64,000 nucleotides of DNA from the NCBI RefSeq assembly GCF_964204645.1, contig NC_134026.1:3991950-4055949 (forward strand). The letters are read 5' to 3'. Source of the stretch: Tubulanus polymorphus. Lineage: Eukaryota > Animalia > Nemertea. The notes beneath the pieces are model-generated. The model searched no databases and was not told where the DNA came from. It worked only from the letters and a program-made list of their open reading frames with translations. Of the stretch, positions 50,270-64,000 are shown piece by piece (within the stretch, counting starts at the first letter, position 1; every line of letters starts with the position of its first letter). The position numbers were made by a program, and so were the translations under genes.

Positions 50270-53200
50270 TTGGAGATAACATACGATGTATCTATGCAGC
50301 TGTTGCACGAGATATCGTCACCGCGTCAATGTGTCATCAATTACAACGATAATTTACGGAAGGTTACCTCGCGTGGTGCGAGTGAAATAGAATTATGTAC
50401 ATTGCTGATCTCCTATAAGTACATCGTTGAGCGTGGACGTGCTAGGCAGCCTGTAATCAAGAATGATAAAAATTTCATGAATCTCCGTCCATGTGCCTAT
50501 ATAGATCACGACCGAGTGGGACCGTGACGCGGCGATACTCGTTACAAAAGGAATCAACCTGATAAACATTCGACGACGCATCTGACCGTCATTCCCTTCA
50601 GTGTCGCTTCAGTAAGGCGCTCATTGGTGGTCTAGCCATCTACCGTATCGGAGCTCGTCGTCAAAAAGCCATTACAAGGGAAATAAAAGCCATGAAAATC
50701 TATTTATTGCACGCCGGACTATTGGACTATCGAACTTGTTAAGCGAGGGAATTCCCAGCTATGTCGACTAAAGTGGCTTTTGGGAGTAACGACTTAGTAG
50801 ATAATAAAGCATAAACGCCTCGCAAAATCAAATTCTTACAGATTTATGGCAGTCATCTGATGGCTGGTCATTTTTCTTCATCGCGGCGTTCGCGCCGAAG
50901 CCTTTGTGGCGGAAATTTAATTACGCTCGAGCATTCCATATAATATATCGAAAACAGCCTCTCATCACGAGACTTTTTGCCCAATTTTTACCGACGGAAT
51001 ATAAATCACTGCTAAACCATATAACGGCTACAATCTATGATAGGACGTGCCTCCTTCGATAATTAATCATAAATAAACCAAATACCTGCTGTAACTGACG
51101 GCGTTCGGGCAATTGCACACCGCCCGCAATATTGTGAAACATACCACGCGTATAAATTGATCAGATAGAAAATGCTATTAACAATTCCAGATAAATACAC
51201 TACATTTCATCCGTGTGAAAAGTATTTCACTCTATATTAGACAATTTGTCTTGTATTCTTTTTTTCACGTCGCAATAACCGTTACAAAAATGTTGATGTA
51301 CATCGATACCTAGTATGCGTGAATCGATGTGCATTTAATTTGTAATTGAATATATTTCATAATTCTTTACTTTTGATACATTTCTACAACTATTATTGAG
51401 TGGATGCGCCCTACGTTGTCAATATGTCGAAGACTGGTTGCCGGCCAATTCAATTCAAAATAACTTTATTGATCCTTAGTGTTTTCGACAATATTAAGCA
51501 ATATAAGTAAGCTATCTTGACGTACGTTCTTGACGTAAGTATCTTGTTGATTTTCCGATTCATCTAAATCTGTTTCTTTTATATATATTCTTCTCAACGA
51601 TTCCATTAAAATCAAAAAATTAAAAGTTTTAGAATACTTAATCTCCCCCGATTTAATTTCATGTTTTTAACCTATATTTGATTCCATTAATTCGACTTAA
51701 AAAACAAATTAAGAAACTCGATCCCAGAATCAAGGCAATGCTTCAAGGCAATGTTAATGTATTGCACCTTAGGGGGTTGGGTGTTTTTTGAATTATTATA
51801 TTGATATGGACAAGCATAATCATTATTAATGAACTTTATTTTTACTGTAATTGTTTTTAAATTATATTTCCATACAATGTGATCTATATATGTAAATTTG
51901 TGTAAATTTACATTTGACAATAATAAAATGTAGGAACAAATTAGCGAGGATCGTACAAAGAAAGCCAGTGCTTGTGTCATGTATCACCCTCAAGAGTTAC
52001 AAAAGAAAAAAAGACAAAAACAACGAGAAATAATGAAAAATATCACGACAAAATGTATGAATATCATGAATACATTATCTATCTGTATCTTAAAGTGAAG
52101 ATTAATGTATACGATGGTTAAAAGAGAAATGATTTATTGAATAGAAAAAGAAATATGGATGTTGAATGACATGGACCGTTCGATAAATTAATAAACAGCT
52201 ATAAGCAACTTTCTGATGTTTCTTTTAGATATTGATTGTGAACGTACAGCTTTATGACGAAAGGGATAAGCATTTTGTAAATAGAGTTTTTAGTTTCATT
52301 GGAATATATACATATATCATCTGTATCATGTATATACATAGTTTCTATCGGGGTAAACTATACTAAAGACAATGGTCAATACCTATTTGGATCCTTGCTA
52401 AGACACGGCGGGTACAGCGGTTTTTGAGCAAACAATTGTTATCCATCGTTCTGCGAACACGAGAAAAAATCCATAAATCTCCAAGTTTGTTTACCCCGCT
52501 TTTGCCGAACGGCTCACCATCCATTTATTATCCGAAATGCAATTAATTTCCTGGGCAAATAGAGCGCTTGTTAGATTAGTCGGCTTTGGTATAATTGCAA
52601 GTGATCTGGGATCTGATCTTTTTTAAATAGCAGAATTCATCAGCAACCGAGGTTAAATGTGTTTGAATTACAAATACAAGTAGAAGTTTATACGAAATTC
52701 GCGACTACTCGAGTCACTTGAAAAAAAATCGAAATTTTAAGAATACGACCTGCACATTTCGAGGTAGTCTGACTTGAAAACTTGGTGGATGAAAAAACCT
52801 CTAGATGGAAAGTCGTTTCATCTGAATAATGAATAGATCGCATGTAAACTGGATATTAGATGATTACTTTTCAACATCAAGTCTGGATCAGTCAAATAAA
52901 TTACAGCAATAGCTTTTATGCGTTATCGCGTATCACAGTAACGACATTAGGTTTTTATTAGCAAGAAAAAGCTCCGTTTTTCCTAGGATAGCTCTGATAG
53001 TCTGTTTTGCGTGGTCAACAGCAGTTTGTTACGTGTTTCATAATCATCGACATAGAGCTGTGAAGCTCGACTGAAAAAAATCATTTTAAATGGTTCACGA
53101 TAATATCGATGTTACCGACTCAGGCACTGTGACTTTCATTCGTATAATAGTTGGGCTATTATTATTAATTCGCAATTATGTACATTTGTCATGAGAATAT

Positions 53201-55543
53201 TGTTAACCTAAGCTACATTTCCCAGCTCTGCTACTCCGCCGTCGAGGCGTTGCCATGGTGTTCAATCATATGACTTAATTACGCCGGTAAAAGTGATATG
53301 TTTAAAGAGGCCGCGAGTACGATCATCAAAACAGGAAAACTTTTCTGGTTTGTTCCACCTGAAATTGACGATGACAAAAATTTCATTTTTCTCGAGTGTA
53401 TACGGCTTACGCGCACCGGTGGATCCATCGCAAATTCAATCACAGCCACTGATCTCAGATTCGATTTGACAAAAGAGCGAATTTTTTATCAACTCTATTC
53501 TATTATTCTATTTTCAGTTCGCCGATATTCCGTGAATTTGCATTGGATTAAATTACACACTAAAATCAGCCCATTACGCGTCGCTAGTTCCTGCTTGACA
53601 GATACACTGCATCCGGGTAAGTCAATTTTATCATCTTTATTTATGGGCCGCGTTGAAAAGCGGATTTACCTCTAAACCCCACACGAAACACGCCGCGTAT
53701 TCTATCGACATGGTCTTTACTTGAATCCATGCAATAGAACATAAATAAAGACCTTTCGCGCATAATGAAGTCGGATTTCGTTATATCTTTCTCCTATTCA
53801 TTGCCAGTGCCAGACTTTTTAATCTTGGTGTATTAACGGTTTATGACTGTCGCCTGCAATAATTTGTTGTCAGAATGAACGCTCTTCGTTTTTAAGAATT
53901 GTGTCTGGAAGTTTTAAAAATTTCCCCTCGTCGACGGTGACATTGTCTGGCGCCAGTTTTTGATACAGGCCTCTGATGAAACGTGAATGATACTGAAGTG
54001 CACGATGACACCCACAGTTTCCAGTCGATGATAAGTTCCGTGACGTTCTCGGTCTGCGCTTATTTTCGTATAAGCGAAGATGACACACTTGATGATCCAA
54101 AACTAATAATATCAGATTATATTGATACGGTGCCAATATCGAATCGGTATTTTTGTATGTACGATTGGACGTTGTGTACACGAACTTGAGGGAAAGTCGA
54201 TGTCCGTTGTGACCCATGATAAGAATAGCATAATAGAAATCACCGCTATTTTTACTGTGATGAAGGTTTAACGCCCGAGTTGGTTATTTTACTATAAGGC
54301 GCGCAATAACTAATTATTCGCACAAAGAGCTGCAGCTATTTTTGCGATGCAGACGAAGAATGAAGCCATTTTGCCGCCATGACGATGGTTTATGCTTTTG
54401 CTATTACGTCGAATGTGTTCTGTACACAGGAAATCCGCTTGGCGTTCCTTTCGTGTTACTAAAGCGGAATACCCTAACTGGTAGTTTCGCTAGCTCTCAC
54501 GTTCAACCCCGATACGATCTCGTGCCAAAATGCCATTACCTGTCTGCGGTGGAGTGCAGCTACTCCATGATGTAATTGAAGAAAATAGCCAATTTGTGAA
54601 TTGCTAATGGCTCAACTGATGGCTATAAAATTGTAATATATTAAGCCTCTATTCGGTGTTAAGGATACTGCCGTTGCGGTGTAATCTGCCTAAGATGTTT
54701 GACACTTTATAAAACCCTCACCCGGCAGTAGCTAGCTAGATTATGACGAAGATGACACTTCTTGTCAGATGTGTTCGTTTCGTACGAGTAAGTGTGTATC
54801 ATATCGCAACGCGAGATCATATATTCTCTCAGCAAAAGCCAGTCCCCCGCGGTTGAGATCTTCGGAAACAATTTTCGTGACTGATGAAATAGATGTCATC
54901 CTAATGTTCGACGGGAAGCGCTAAGTAAATACCACGCAGACATTGATGCGAAACAATAAAACATGGCGGACGAAGGGGTGCCCGCAATTCAACGAAATAA
55001 TCATAGTCACTTGCTTTGAGAAACTGCGACATTAAATCTAGATACGTCAAATTTATATGCGGTTTTGCTCTTTTTGCAGTTTGTTTTTTGATGCACCGTA
55101 AACATAAAAAAAAGTATTCTTCGTCTTGTATTTATTCGAGATTTTCTTGTATGCATGGAAAAGCCTGAGGTATAATCATGTAGCGCTGACGTAACACATC
55201 GTTAACAAAACTTTAAAGCGCTCCGAAAATGATAAACTATACCGAAGCAAACATCATTTTCCTTGGTGGATCGTAATCAACCTGTTCTGTAATTGTCTCT
55301 AAGCAGGCGTACACGGGGTACGTGTGCACAAGACACCCCACGTCAGACGTGTGTTGATTTCGTCTTCCATGCGGGGCTTGTTTTACGACGTGCTACATCA
55401 TAACATCGGCAAACAAAAATCAGGATTTATGTCGCTTCACACTCTAGTTTTATGCGAAACAAACGCACATTTTGGGATGCGCCCTGCAATCAGCCGACGC
55501 GAACGAGAAAAATATCTATATTAATCACTCGTCAGCTTTTGCC

Positions 55544-55681
<138 letters not shown>

Positions 55682-58600
55682 GTACATATGGTTTAAAGGT
55701 TAACATTGAATAATGAAATTCGATAAACGTAGATCCAGACGTTAGATTGAATAATTCATAAGCAAATATGAAGTACTACCAATTCAAATTTTCACATTTT
55801 TCCAATACCCAACAGAAAGCCGGAGAAATGATCCCGGGGTGAATCTCGGGTCAGAACTCGCGCAGACGTGCATGATAAAATACATCCCCGGTGTCTCGTC
55901 GAAAATATATCATCTTAATGGTTCTGTTGAGACAATAAAATGTTCCTAGGTAACTGATGGTTAAAAAAAAGAACCCGGACTCTAAAAAAGAATAGAGCGC
56001 TGAAGTGAATTAATGTGTCAGACTGAAAAATCCGGGTTGTGATAGAAGATCAAGATTGGATACCGCGCTGAGCTTATTACCGGTGATTCCAAAATCATAT
56101 CGCCCCAGACAAATACGTTCATGACAAAATCGTCATCTATATTAACGAAAGTTTTTTTTGAGGGGGGGGGGGGGTAGATTGATTCCATAATCGAATCTAA
56201 CATGAATAACCAGACATTTTGTCTCACACCAGCCTTTTGTCATTTGATTTGAGAACAATGGCTAGACTAACAAAATATGTTATAGAAATCAAAAACCTCT
56301 TATCATTGGCTATCATTTGAGGAACGATTCCAATTAGATCAGGTACCCGACGCTGTGGATTGTGTTAATTTGTCAAAAGTGTGTTGATTTGGGAAAAGTT
56401 GAGCAATAATTGATAATCACAATATGTAGGTGCTTACAGAGAAGGTGTTAAGCGTACCCTATTCTTTCATTCAGAATCATAACTAATCGCGATGATTACT
56501 TCTTCGATGACTGACGTCATAGCCGTGTCGTCACAGGTACGTCGGAACACGATGTATAAATGTTTTCCGAGAAATCCATCGGTGCTAATTTGGAAAATTA
56601 ACTTTCCGTATTTACATTTCCTCTCAAGAATCGTATCGAAACGTTCTTCTCAATTGCTTGTGATTACGAACAACGACTTTCTTAGAATAGTTGACAATGA
56701 AAACCCTAGGTCCAGAAACACCATGGCCACTTGGTAAATGCTTGACAACCCGACAAGTCCAATAAAGTTATTTCAACGAAAATTGGCAAATCATTAAGAT
56801 GCTACAGAAATCTCGGAATTCAGCAAAAAATCATACTTTCGGGCATAAAAGGTCAAAGGACGGCCATCTTGAATTCGATCTGCTCAACATTTTCGTAAGA
56901 TGATAGCCCTTAGGGGGATAGATAGAATATCATGGAACATCATGATTCGACGAATTACATTGGTTCGAATTGAAATGATTCGCGTTTACTAAAATGCCTA
57001 GCTTTGCCCACCGTGAATGTTTATGTCTAAATAGATATTTTCAATCATTTAAAAGCACGAGCGATTTTTTTTCAAGAGAAGAGATTGCGATGGGTATATG
57101 AACGGCTCATCTGTCAAGTGACACGCATTCAGTCGGTGTTGTGGTGCTACTTAATAGCAAGTTTGAATTCAGTCCGTTGCTATGGTGACGTTTCTTTCAT
57201 GGCTGTCGTGCTTCTATCTTAAACCTGTTGCAGAATTGTTGTTTTTAGTTAGTTAGCACCGACTGGGTGCCCGGCGAGGTTATACGAAAATTATATTTGC
57301 ATGGACGAGTGACCTCTAACATCGAACGGAGATTTGACTTCAAAAACTAATTTCAACTTGCTCGCTGGCACATCTAGTATCAATGAATGCACCAGTTTTC
57401 GCGCGATAGCTGAAGTAAACAGGTTTGCGGTTCAGATTTCAGAAATCGTGTATGTATTTCTGAATATTAATATGAAAGCCTATCAAAATGCTTGGGAACA
57501 AGGGCCAGTGTTTTCATATTCTGCGTGAATATTTCCCTCCTTGCGATGATCCATCATTTTCCCCTCTCTCACTCTCTCTATTTCCACATCGCTCAAAATC
57601 CTTCGGGATTGTCGGGACTACATAAGAAATTTGTCTTAAAATATGAATAAAGTTGCTCGCCGGATGATTATCGCTTTGAACTTCCGAATTCACTGAGGTT
57701 TAGTCGCAATTTCCAGATATCTCTCGTGGGATCTTTAAATTGAGCCACCATAAATTCCGCTTCAAACCCAACGCATAGAGAACGTGCTTCGTCGGCGTGT
57801 TAATGCGATTGAACTTTTCAAGTCATCGGTCGTATGCGATTTTTGATTACGACTATTTATCTTTCGGTTTTATTAACCTGCCATCGACGGAGGGTAGACC
57901 CGAATATGTTTGAAGCTACCGTTCGAACGCGACTTCAATCGATGACGACTCGGCGACGGCCGCAATAGGATCCCCAGGATAATAATCACTGACGTAAACA
58001 TTGACTCAAAACTTGGCAACGAAGCGTTTCCCGCACAGTTTCGGCGTAAAGCTTAACACGACATCAGGCTGTTCATGCGCTTATATTTCACGGTATATTG
58101 AATACCAAAGTGTACTATACCCGCTGGGCAATATTTACACATTTTTCATTATGCAAAGGTTAAATACGACATCATATGGCCCCTCGCTGCAGCTATGAAG
58201 CACCCCAAAGTATGATATTGGTTTTTGCGAGATTGGCGATGAAAGGACATACAGTTTATCAATCTCACAAAACCTTTCTTCGATAAAAAGCTTTTGATAT
58301 TCGATTTTTCATTTCAAATATTGATAACTTTATGTATTCATTTGCAATCTAGTTGCTCTTAATGAAACGAGACTTGTAGACCCTTCGGGCTGGGTGTTTC
58401 ATTTTTTCATTCTCCTTAATCTAATTTCCGCTTGACGTTTTAGATAATTTCCACCATGCAGGACTGTCATGATTTCACATGCATGCGGCATAAATCTATA
58501 ACAATACAATTTCTTGATGAAAAGTTTTCATCAAACTTTCGTTTATGTTTTATCTCGTCTTCGCTATCGACCTTGGTTGCTGATGATAAACCACTTGTTC

Positions 58601-61600
58601 ATGGTACCATCGACGTACGTCCATGTAGGTACTCATCATATACAACATGCGAACTATATGGTAAGAAACCTCCACTACATGGCGCATAAATTGATTTCAC
58701 CAAATATTCGCTAGATTTCGTCGTTTAGATTTATCATCGTCACGACGCGAAAGCTACCATTATCAAGACAGATGAAATTTTCCGATTTGCTACCAGAATC
58801 TTTAACCGATGCATCAAATCTAGCTGGCGAATTGTCGAATAAATCATGACCTCTCATCAGCCGAGGCCGAGGGCCATCGATGGATCACGAGTGTTTTGTT
58901 TATTTACCATTTATATCAATTGTTGTTATCGCCACATCAGAAACGTTAGATATTTTCCATCATCAAAGCGTTCGCTCGTCGTTCACGCCGCGAAACTCAT
59001 CAGAGCTCAGCTCTCAACCAGTCGAAATCTTGACGGCGATAAAGGTGAAGGCCTTCGTCTCCTAATGCACAGTAACTAAATGGATTCCGTGAGTGATAAG
59101 ACAGCGCTTTTAGGAATAATAAGCCCCTAATGATTCCATACCGAAGATCATTTTAATGACCTTCCTTGTGCGATGACAACACTGTCAAAATGAACACCAA
59201 CGAGAACCGTGAATTTTACGAAAAAATAGCTTATTTACTCAGATTGATTTCTAGATATCAAATTACATTTCATTTCCGTTTTTTGTTCTCTTTTTTCGAG
59301 CATGTCGTAATCTGGATTCTAATCGATCGCCCGAATTCGATTTCATCGGGAAACTTTTCGACAGCTCGTTAGCTAAGTTCGCGTGTTACCGTTGGGTTTC
59401 CAGTTACAGAATCGTATTCGAGTGATGTGTAATCGTTGTTCGGAGAAGAATGTGTTTTTTTATGACGACGAGGAGGTGGGCGAGTTTCGTTCTTAAAACA
59501 CGTATAGCCGCCAGTTACAGGTGCGTGAACGCGTCAGAAGAGCAGACGCATCGACGCCAAAAGATGATCGATGATTTTCAAACGCGAAGAAATTATTGGA
59601 AGAAGGATTTTTTTCATTTCGACTCGTTCGTACCGGGATTTTTTTCTTAGTTTGAAAAAATTTGAAAAAAAAGAAACGAAGAGAAAAAGATACACGTCTC
59701 GGAAATACTCATTAGGGATTTTATCAATAAGCACGACGGATGTATCCAGCATTTCGATGGCTTTCGTTATTTTGAAATGTGTGATGATGGTTTTCAACGG
59801 TTTCCGCCCACATCGATGGCTGCACACGTCTATGATTTTCTATTTTAGTCTGGTAAGAACGTATTAGCGGTCAATACGTTCATACAAAAGACCTACGTAT
59901 GAAGCCTTATCGTAATTTCGGATCAATTGACACTTACTTTGATCTACTTTATTGGCATTTCTGTATTTAGCAAACTGATTTCGGGCGCGGCATTTAACAC
60001 ATGAGCTTCACATGATAAACTTCGCTTTCATAACATCCGAGAAAGCGTTGCACGTATTTTCAAACAGTTGAAATATACAATGACTAAAACAACGCCCGTT
60101 GCTCGAGTGAGCTGCCTGTAAACATAATTGTGTAGTGAAAAACTTAGTTGTTAAGTTGACGATAATCGTGAAATTAATGCTGCTAATTTCCGCCACATCG
60201 TTTCCGTTCGGGAGAACGATGATAAACCGGCAAATCTTTCGTGGATAAAATTCGCTGCGAGTGAATACAAACTTGTCATAAACTAACCAATCTAAACTAA
60301 TCAATCGTCTAAAAAGATTATTACTTTGTCCCGTGCGACGTCGCCGAATATAGGTAACTCATCCACCGCAGACAGCTATAAAACCATCATCAATTTCGCG
60401 ATAAGGGGTCATTAAATCCCCGCAATTGCAATCAGGACAGGGAACTTTCAATTTCCTGCTGATGTCACAGGTAATGAAATCAAAGCAATAATTCAGTCTA
60501 TTTCGTGTGAGCTCAGTAAATGCACCAAGAAAAACAAGGCCGATTTTTCTGATTCGTGCAACCTTCTAAATAATGATATATTTTTGCGGGAATGCCAGGA
60601 TAAAACCATCGGTGACGTGGTGAATAATCTGCAAAACCTCAATAACACGCGGTAAACAGTAGTGATATAAAAGAACCATTATAAAATCTCTTTGGGGGAA
60701 ATTACGTGGATTATTAATGTATTGACCACATGTCATAGAAAGCAGGCTGCCGCTAATGAAAAAGCATTCAATAATTTTCTTTGCTCAATGAGTTTTCTTT
60801 TAACTAAACTATTGATTTTGAGCTAGTAGAATTTTCATTAATTTCGAAAACGCAATCAATTTCAAGTTATGAAAAGCAATATCTCAGTAACTGAACGAAT
60901 AGATTTCAGTGTCACTGACAGCGTGCTGTTGCAAATTGGAACACAAATTGGATGTTGTAAGTAGCTGGCTTTAATTCACTCCTGGTAGTATTATTTAAAA
61001 ACGGTTAGTAGCACACCTTTAGCGACAAAGGTCTTGTAATTCAAGCGGTTAGAATCATCCTTCACTCATGACTGCTGCTAGCTAGCATGCAGATGAAATG
61101 TTGCGTTATAGGAGCGTTTCAAATTCATGGAAATAACATATCATTTTCGTTAATAACAACGCGACCAAAAGCAAGTAACACATTCGTCGAACAAGTTCGT
61201 AGAATTTGTTGGTTACCTCCAGTTTGAAATAACCAGTTGATGCTTCGCCATCTATCGCGTCCGCTTGCTAGTAAAATAAGTAGTCGCTCGATTCGCCTAC
61301 TCATAAAAGTGCTAAGCAATCTTACCGTCTCAGTGTGTACCAGGTTAGCACGAAATAAAGAAAGATCGCCGAGAATATTGCCTCGTCATACACAATCAAG
61401 CCCAAATGTCAATAGTGCAGAAGATAAGCTTTCAGAAAAGTGTAAAGGTTTTAAATCAAAAACCAGAACGAGAAATGAAATGATTTGATAAAAAACGAAT
61501 GAACTTCATCATACTTGGATTGAAATACATTGATGGCAAAGATTCATAAATATTTCATACGTTTTATGTAGATGGCGAGCTTTTTTTAACAATACTTATC

Positions 61601-64000
61601 AGCTTTTTCTAAGTCGGTTTTACGTGCGTAGCAAGCTAAGTTAGACTAGCCATTGCACCAGAGTAGGTTTTGATTCGTCCCTCGAGCCACTGGATAATGT
61701 CAACTTACCAGTGATTTTTGAACGAAAGCATCGCATAGAAGCTATGCTTATTATTTAAATGGAAGTACCGATATATTAATCCAAGCGACTACGAGCACTT
61801 TGTGCGGGTATATTTAGTCATGAATGAACGTCGTGGGACCGATAGATAATAATCTTACTGCGTTACGTGACTGCAATGATCGTCGAGGGACATAATCGTA
61901 TTTTCCCAATATCACTCCAGTACCTTGGCTTGTCTTGACTTTTCCTCGCTAATCCGAGATTAAGTGTAATATATTCGTGTGTTTATTATCAATCATTTTC
62001 TTTTGTCGATTCTGAAAAAAAGGAACGCGACGTCTGAAATGACGTACCGAAGAGTGTATATCAACCTAGGTAGTTCCCGTCACTAGGAACCGGCTGAGTA
62101 ATGATTCGAAGCGGGTGTTTTTTCGCTACCCCTATTTTTTTACGCCGTAAAATCCGTTACAAATTTTTTTGCACATTTCTACTGTGCGTTATTTAATGGG
62201 TAGTGACATCGAAGTGTCCCTGCGCACTACGTGAGATGACTCGGGCACATGGAAGAGACCCATATTCCAAGATTCTAATAAGAATATCAAAATAGAAATT
62301 TGCGTGTATTTCCTGTCCCCTTTATTGTGTTCGCGCGCGCGAGTTATTTGCTTATAAACCGATTTAATTCGATAAGATTAAAGATGGTGCCTCTGCATGA
62401 TGGCACTACCAAACAATATCTAGTCCAGCTTTACATTTGAAGCATTTCGTGCGTAGGCACCGGGCAACCCCACTTTGAGACAGCGCCACGGCACAGGAGA
62501 CTCCTGGTCATACTCTTAGGAACATTGTTAATCCATTATGTTGATTATGTTGAGCCGTATTCTGGTGACCTTCACATTTCATTGAATCACGACATTATGG
62601 AGAGATGATGGAGTGTTTTAAGTACATTTCGATTGTTTTCTTTGTTTGAATTGTCTGCCAATATCTAGTGTTTTAAGTGGGTGGTGAAATGTAATACTCG
62701 AGAGCATGAAACGGTTAGTTTGTTTTTTAATGACGTTACTTTCCGGTACGTAGGAAACTTAGCCCCGGGCCTGCGTGTACACACGCAGTGGGGTTTTCTT
62801 ATCAGGCGTGATCCACATACAGATCCGCGCTATTCCCGTCGGCGGATTTATTTCCTTTCCTGGTTTATAGATTAGCCGTCATGTCTTCATCTATCAGCGT
62901 TAATCCCCGCATAAAACCGTCATTGCGAACCTATGCGAGGCTTAAAGATTGTACGCAGACCAGCGCCGACCCTGCCATCCATCACACGCAGTTCCGCACG
63001 GACCGAACGTTTCAGGAACAGACTATTCGGTTCAACCACCGATTTTAGTACGCCTATTAATCAGTAATTATGACGGTACGAACGGACATCTTTTTATTAA
63101 TGGCACCTGTCGTTAACAAAACTGATGGAAAATAATGAGTTTACGTAACCAATAATTAGACGAATGAAGATGAGTTATACGATAGAAAATGATACCTTAC
63201 GTCGATGCCGCCTTCTCTTCTTTTTTGAACGAAAAATGGTCATCATTTTTTTCGTTTACCCTGGCAAGCGGATAAACGGCGGAGGCTAATGGTCGCCGCG
63301 AAATAGAAAACCGGAACAGCGAACAGATAATTTTCTCACAAACGTCTTCGTCTATTATGCTGAATAGATATAATTCATCTTCAGCCAGCCGTTTATAAAA
63401 CCGCGATGAAATACGAGTTTTCAGTTTTACGGTGCAATAAACCATCGATCTCCGTCGTACCGCGGTCTCCTTTAGTTGGAATTCTGCAATTTCAAGTGTT
63501 CATGCAACATCCGCTCTCTGGTGCCCGAAGCACCGGAAGATTTCATTCAACATATTTTCACTCAATAATCTAAAAAGCGCACCAAATGTACCTTATATTT
63601 ATGGCAACATTTTTCGCGAACGTCAAAAAAAAAAGAAATAAAATAGAATCGGCTATACAAAAAGCTAATGAAATTTTTTTAGATTAACCTGCTGGGACTG
63701 ATTAAGATTTTTCTTCGAGGTTTCAATCGAATTCTCAGCACGGCGTGGAAACATTTGCTGTTGATGATAAACATTCATTGTACTGCTTCCTCGTGCGCGT
63801 GATCCCGACAGGGTTGTTGCTCGAATACCTTAAATAATATCTGGGAATATTTATTTCCAACTCGTTTAACCAAGTGATAGATGGATGCAGTCGACGGTCG
63901 TTGAATTCGATGCCAATTCCTATCGCGAAAAATGACGAACGACTTATGCCAATATATTGCGTTACAAGTCGTTAGAGCCTAAATTAATTTTTTTCTCATT

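Overview
AT-rich metazoan (invertebrate, probably lophotrochozoan) genomic DNA with GT-AG introns, so the ORF track is mostly misleading and I rebuilt gene models by hand from splice sites and reading phase. The first 28 kb is gene-dense: the 5' end of SNRNP200/Brr2 (-), a complete 8-exon DDRGK1/UFBP1 (-), and a divergent 8-exon KIAA0232-family gene (+, about 1542 aa) carrying a C-terminal tandem CCCH zinc finger. Next is a cluster of small genes I could not assign to a family. The most striking is a secreted protein (-) that the ORF track largely misses, with signal peptide, RR site, Gly-rich segment, amphipathic helix, a possible anti-LPS-factor-like domain and a complete six-cysteine ShKT domain split over two exons. 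The cluster also holds a candidate prepropeptide-like gene (-) and a 318-aa single-coding-exon orphan (+). The DDRGK1/KIAA0232 divergent intergenic region is bracketed by a 32-bp inverted repeat. Several MITEs, a tRNA-derived SINE, three long (TA)n tracts and a hairpin with a degenerate hammerhead-ribozyme core are present. From about 33 to 64 kb I found no supportable coding gene. All homology calls come from remembered motifs, not database searches.
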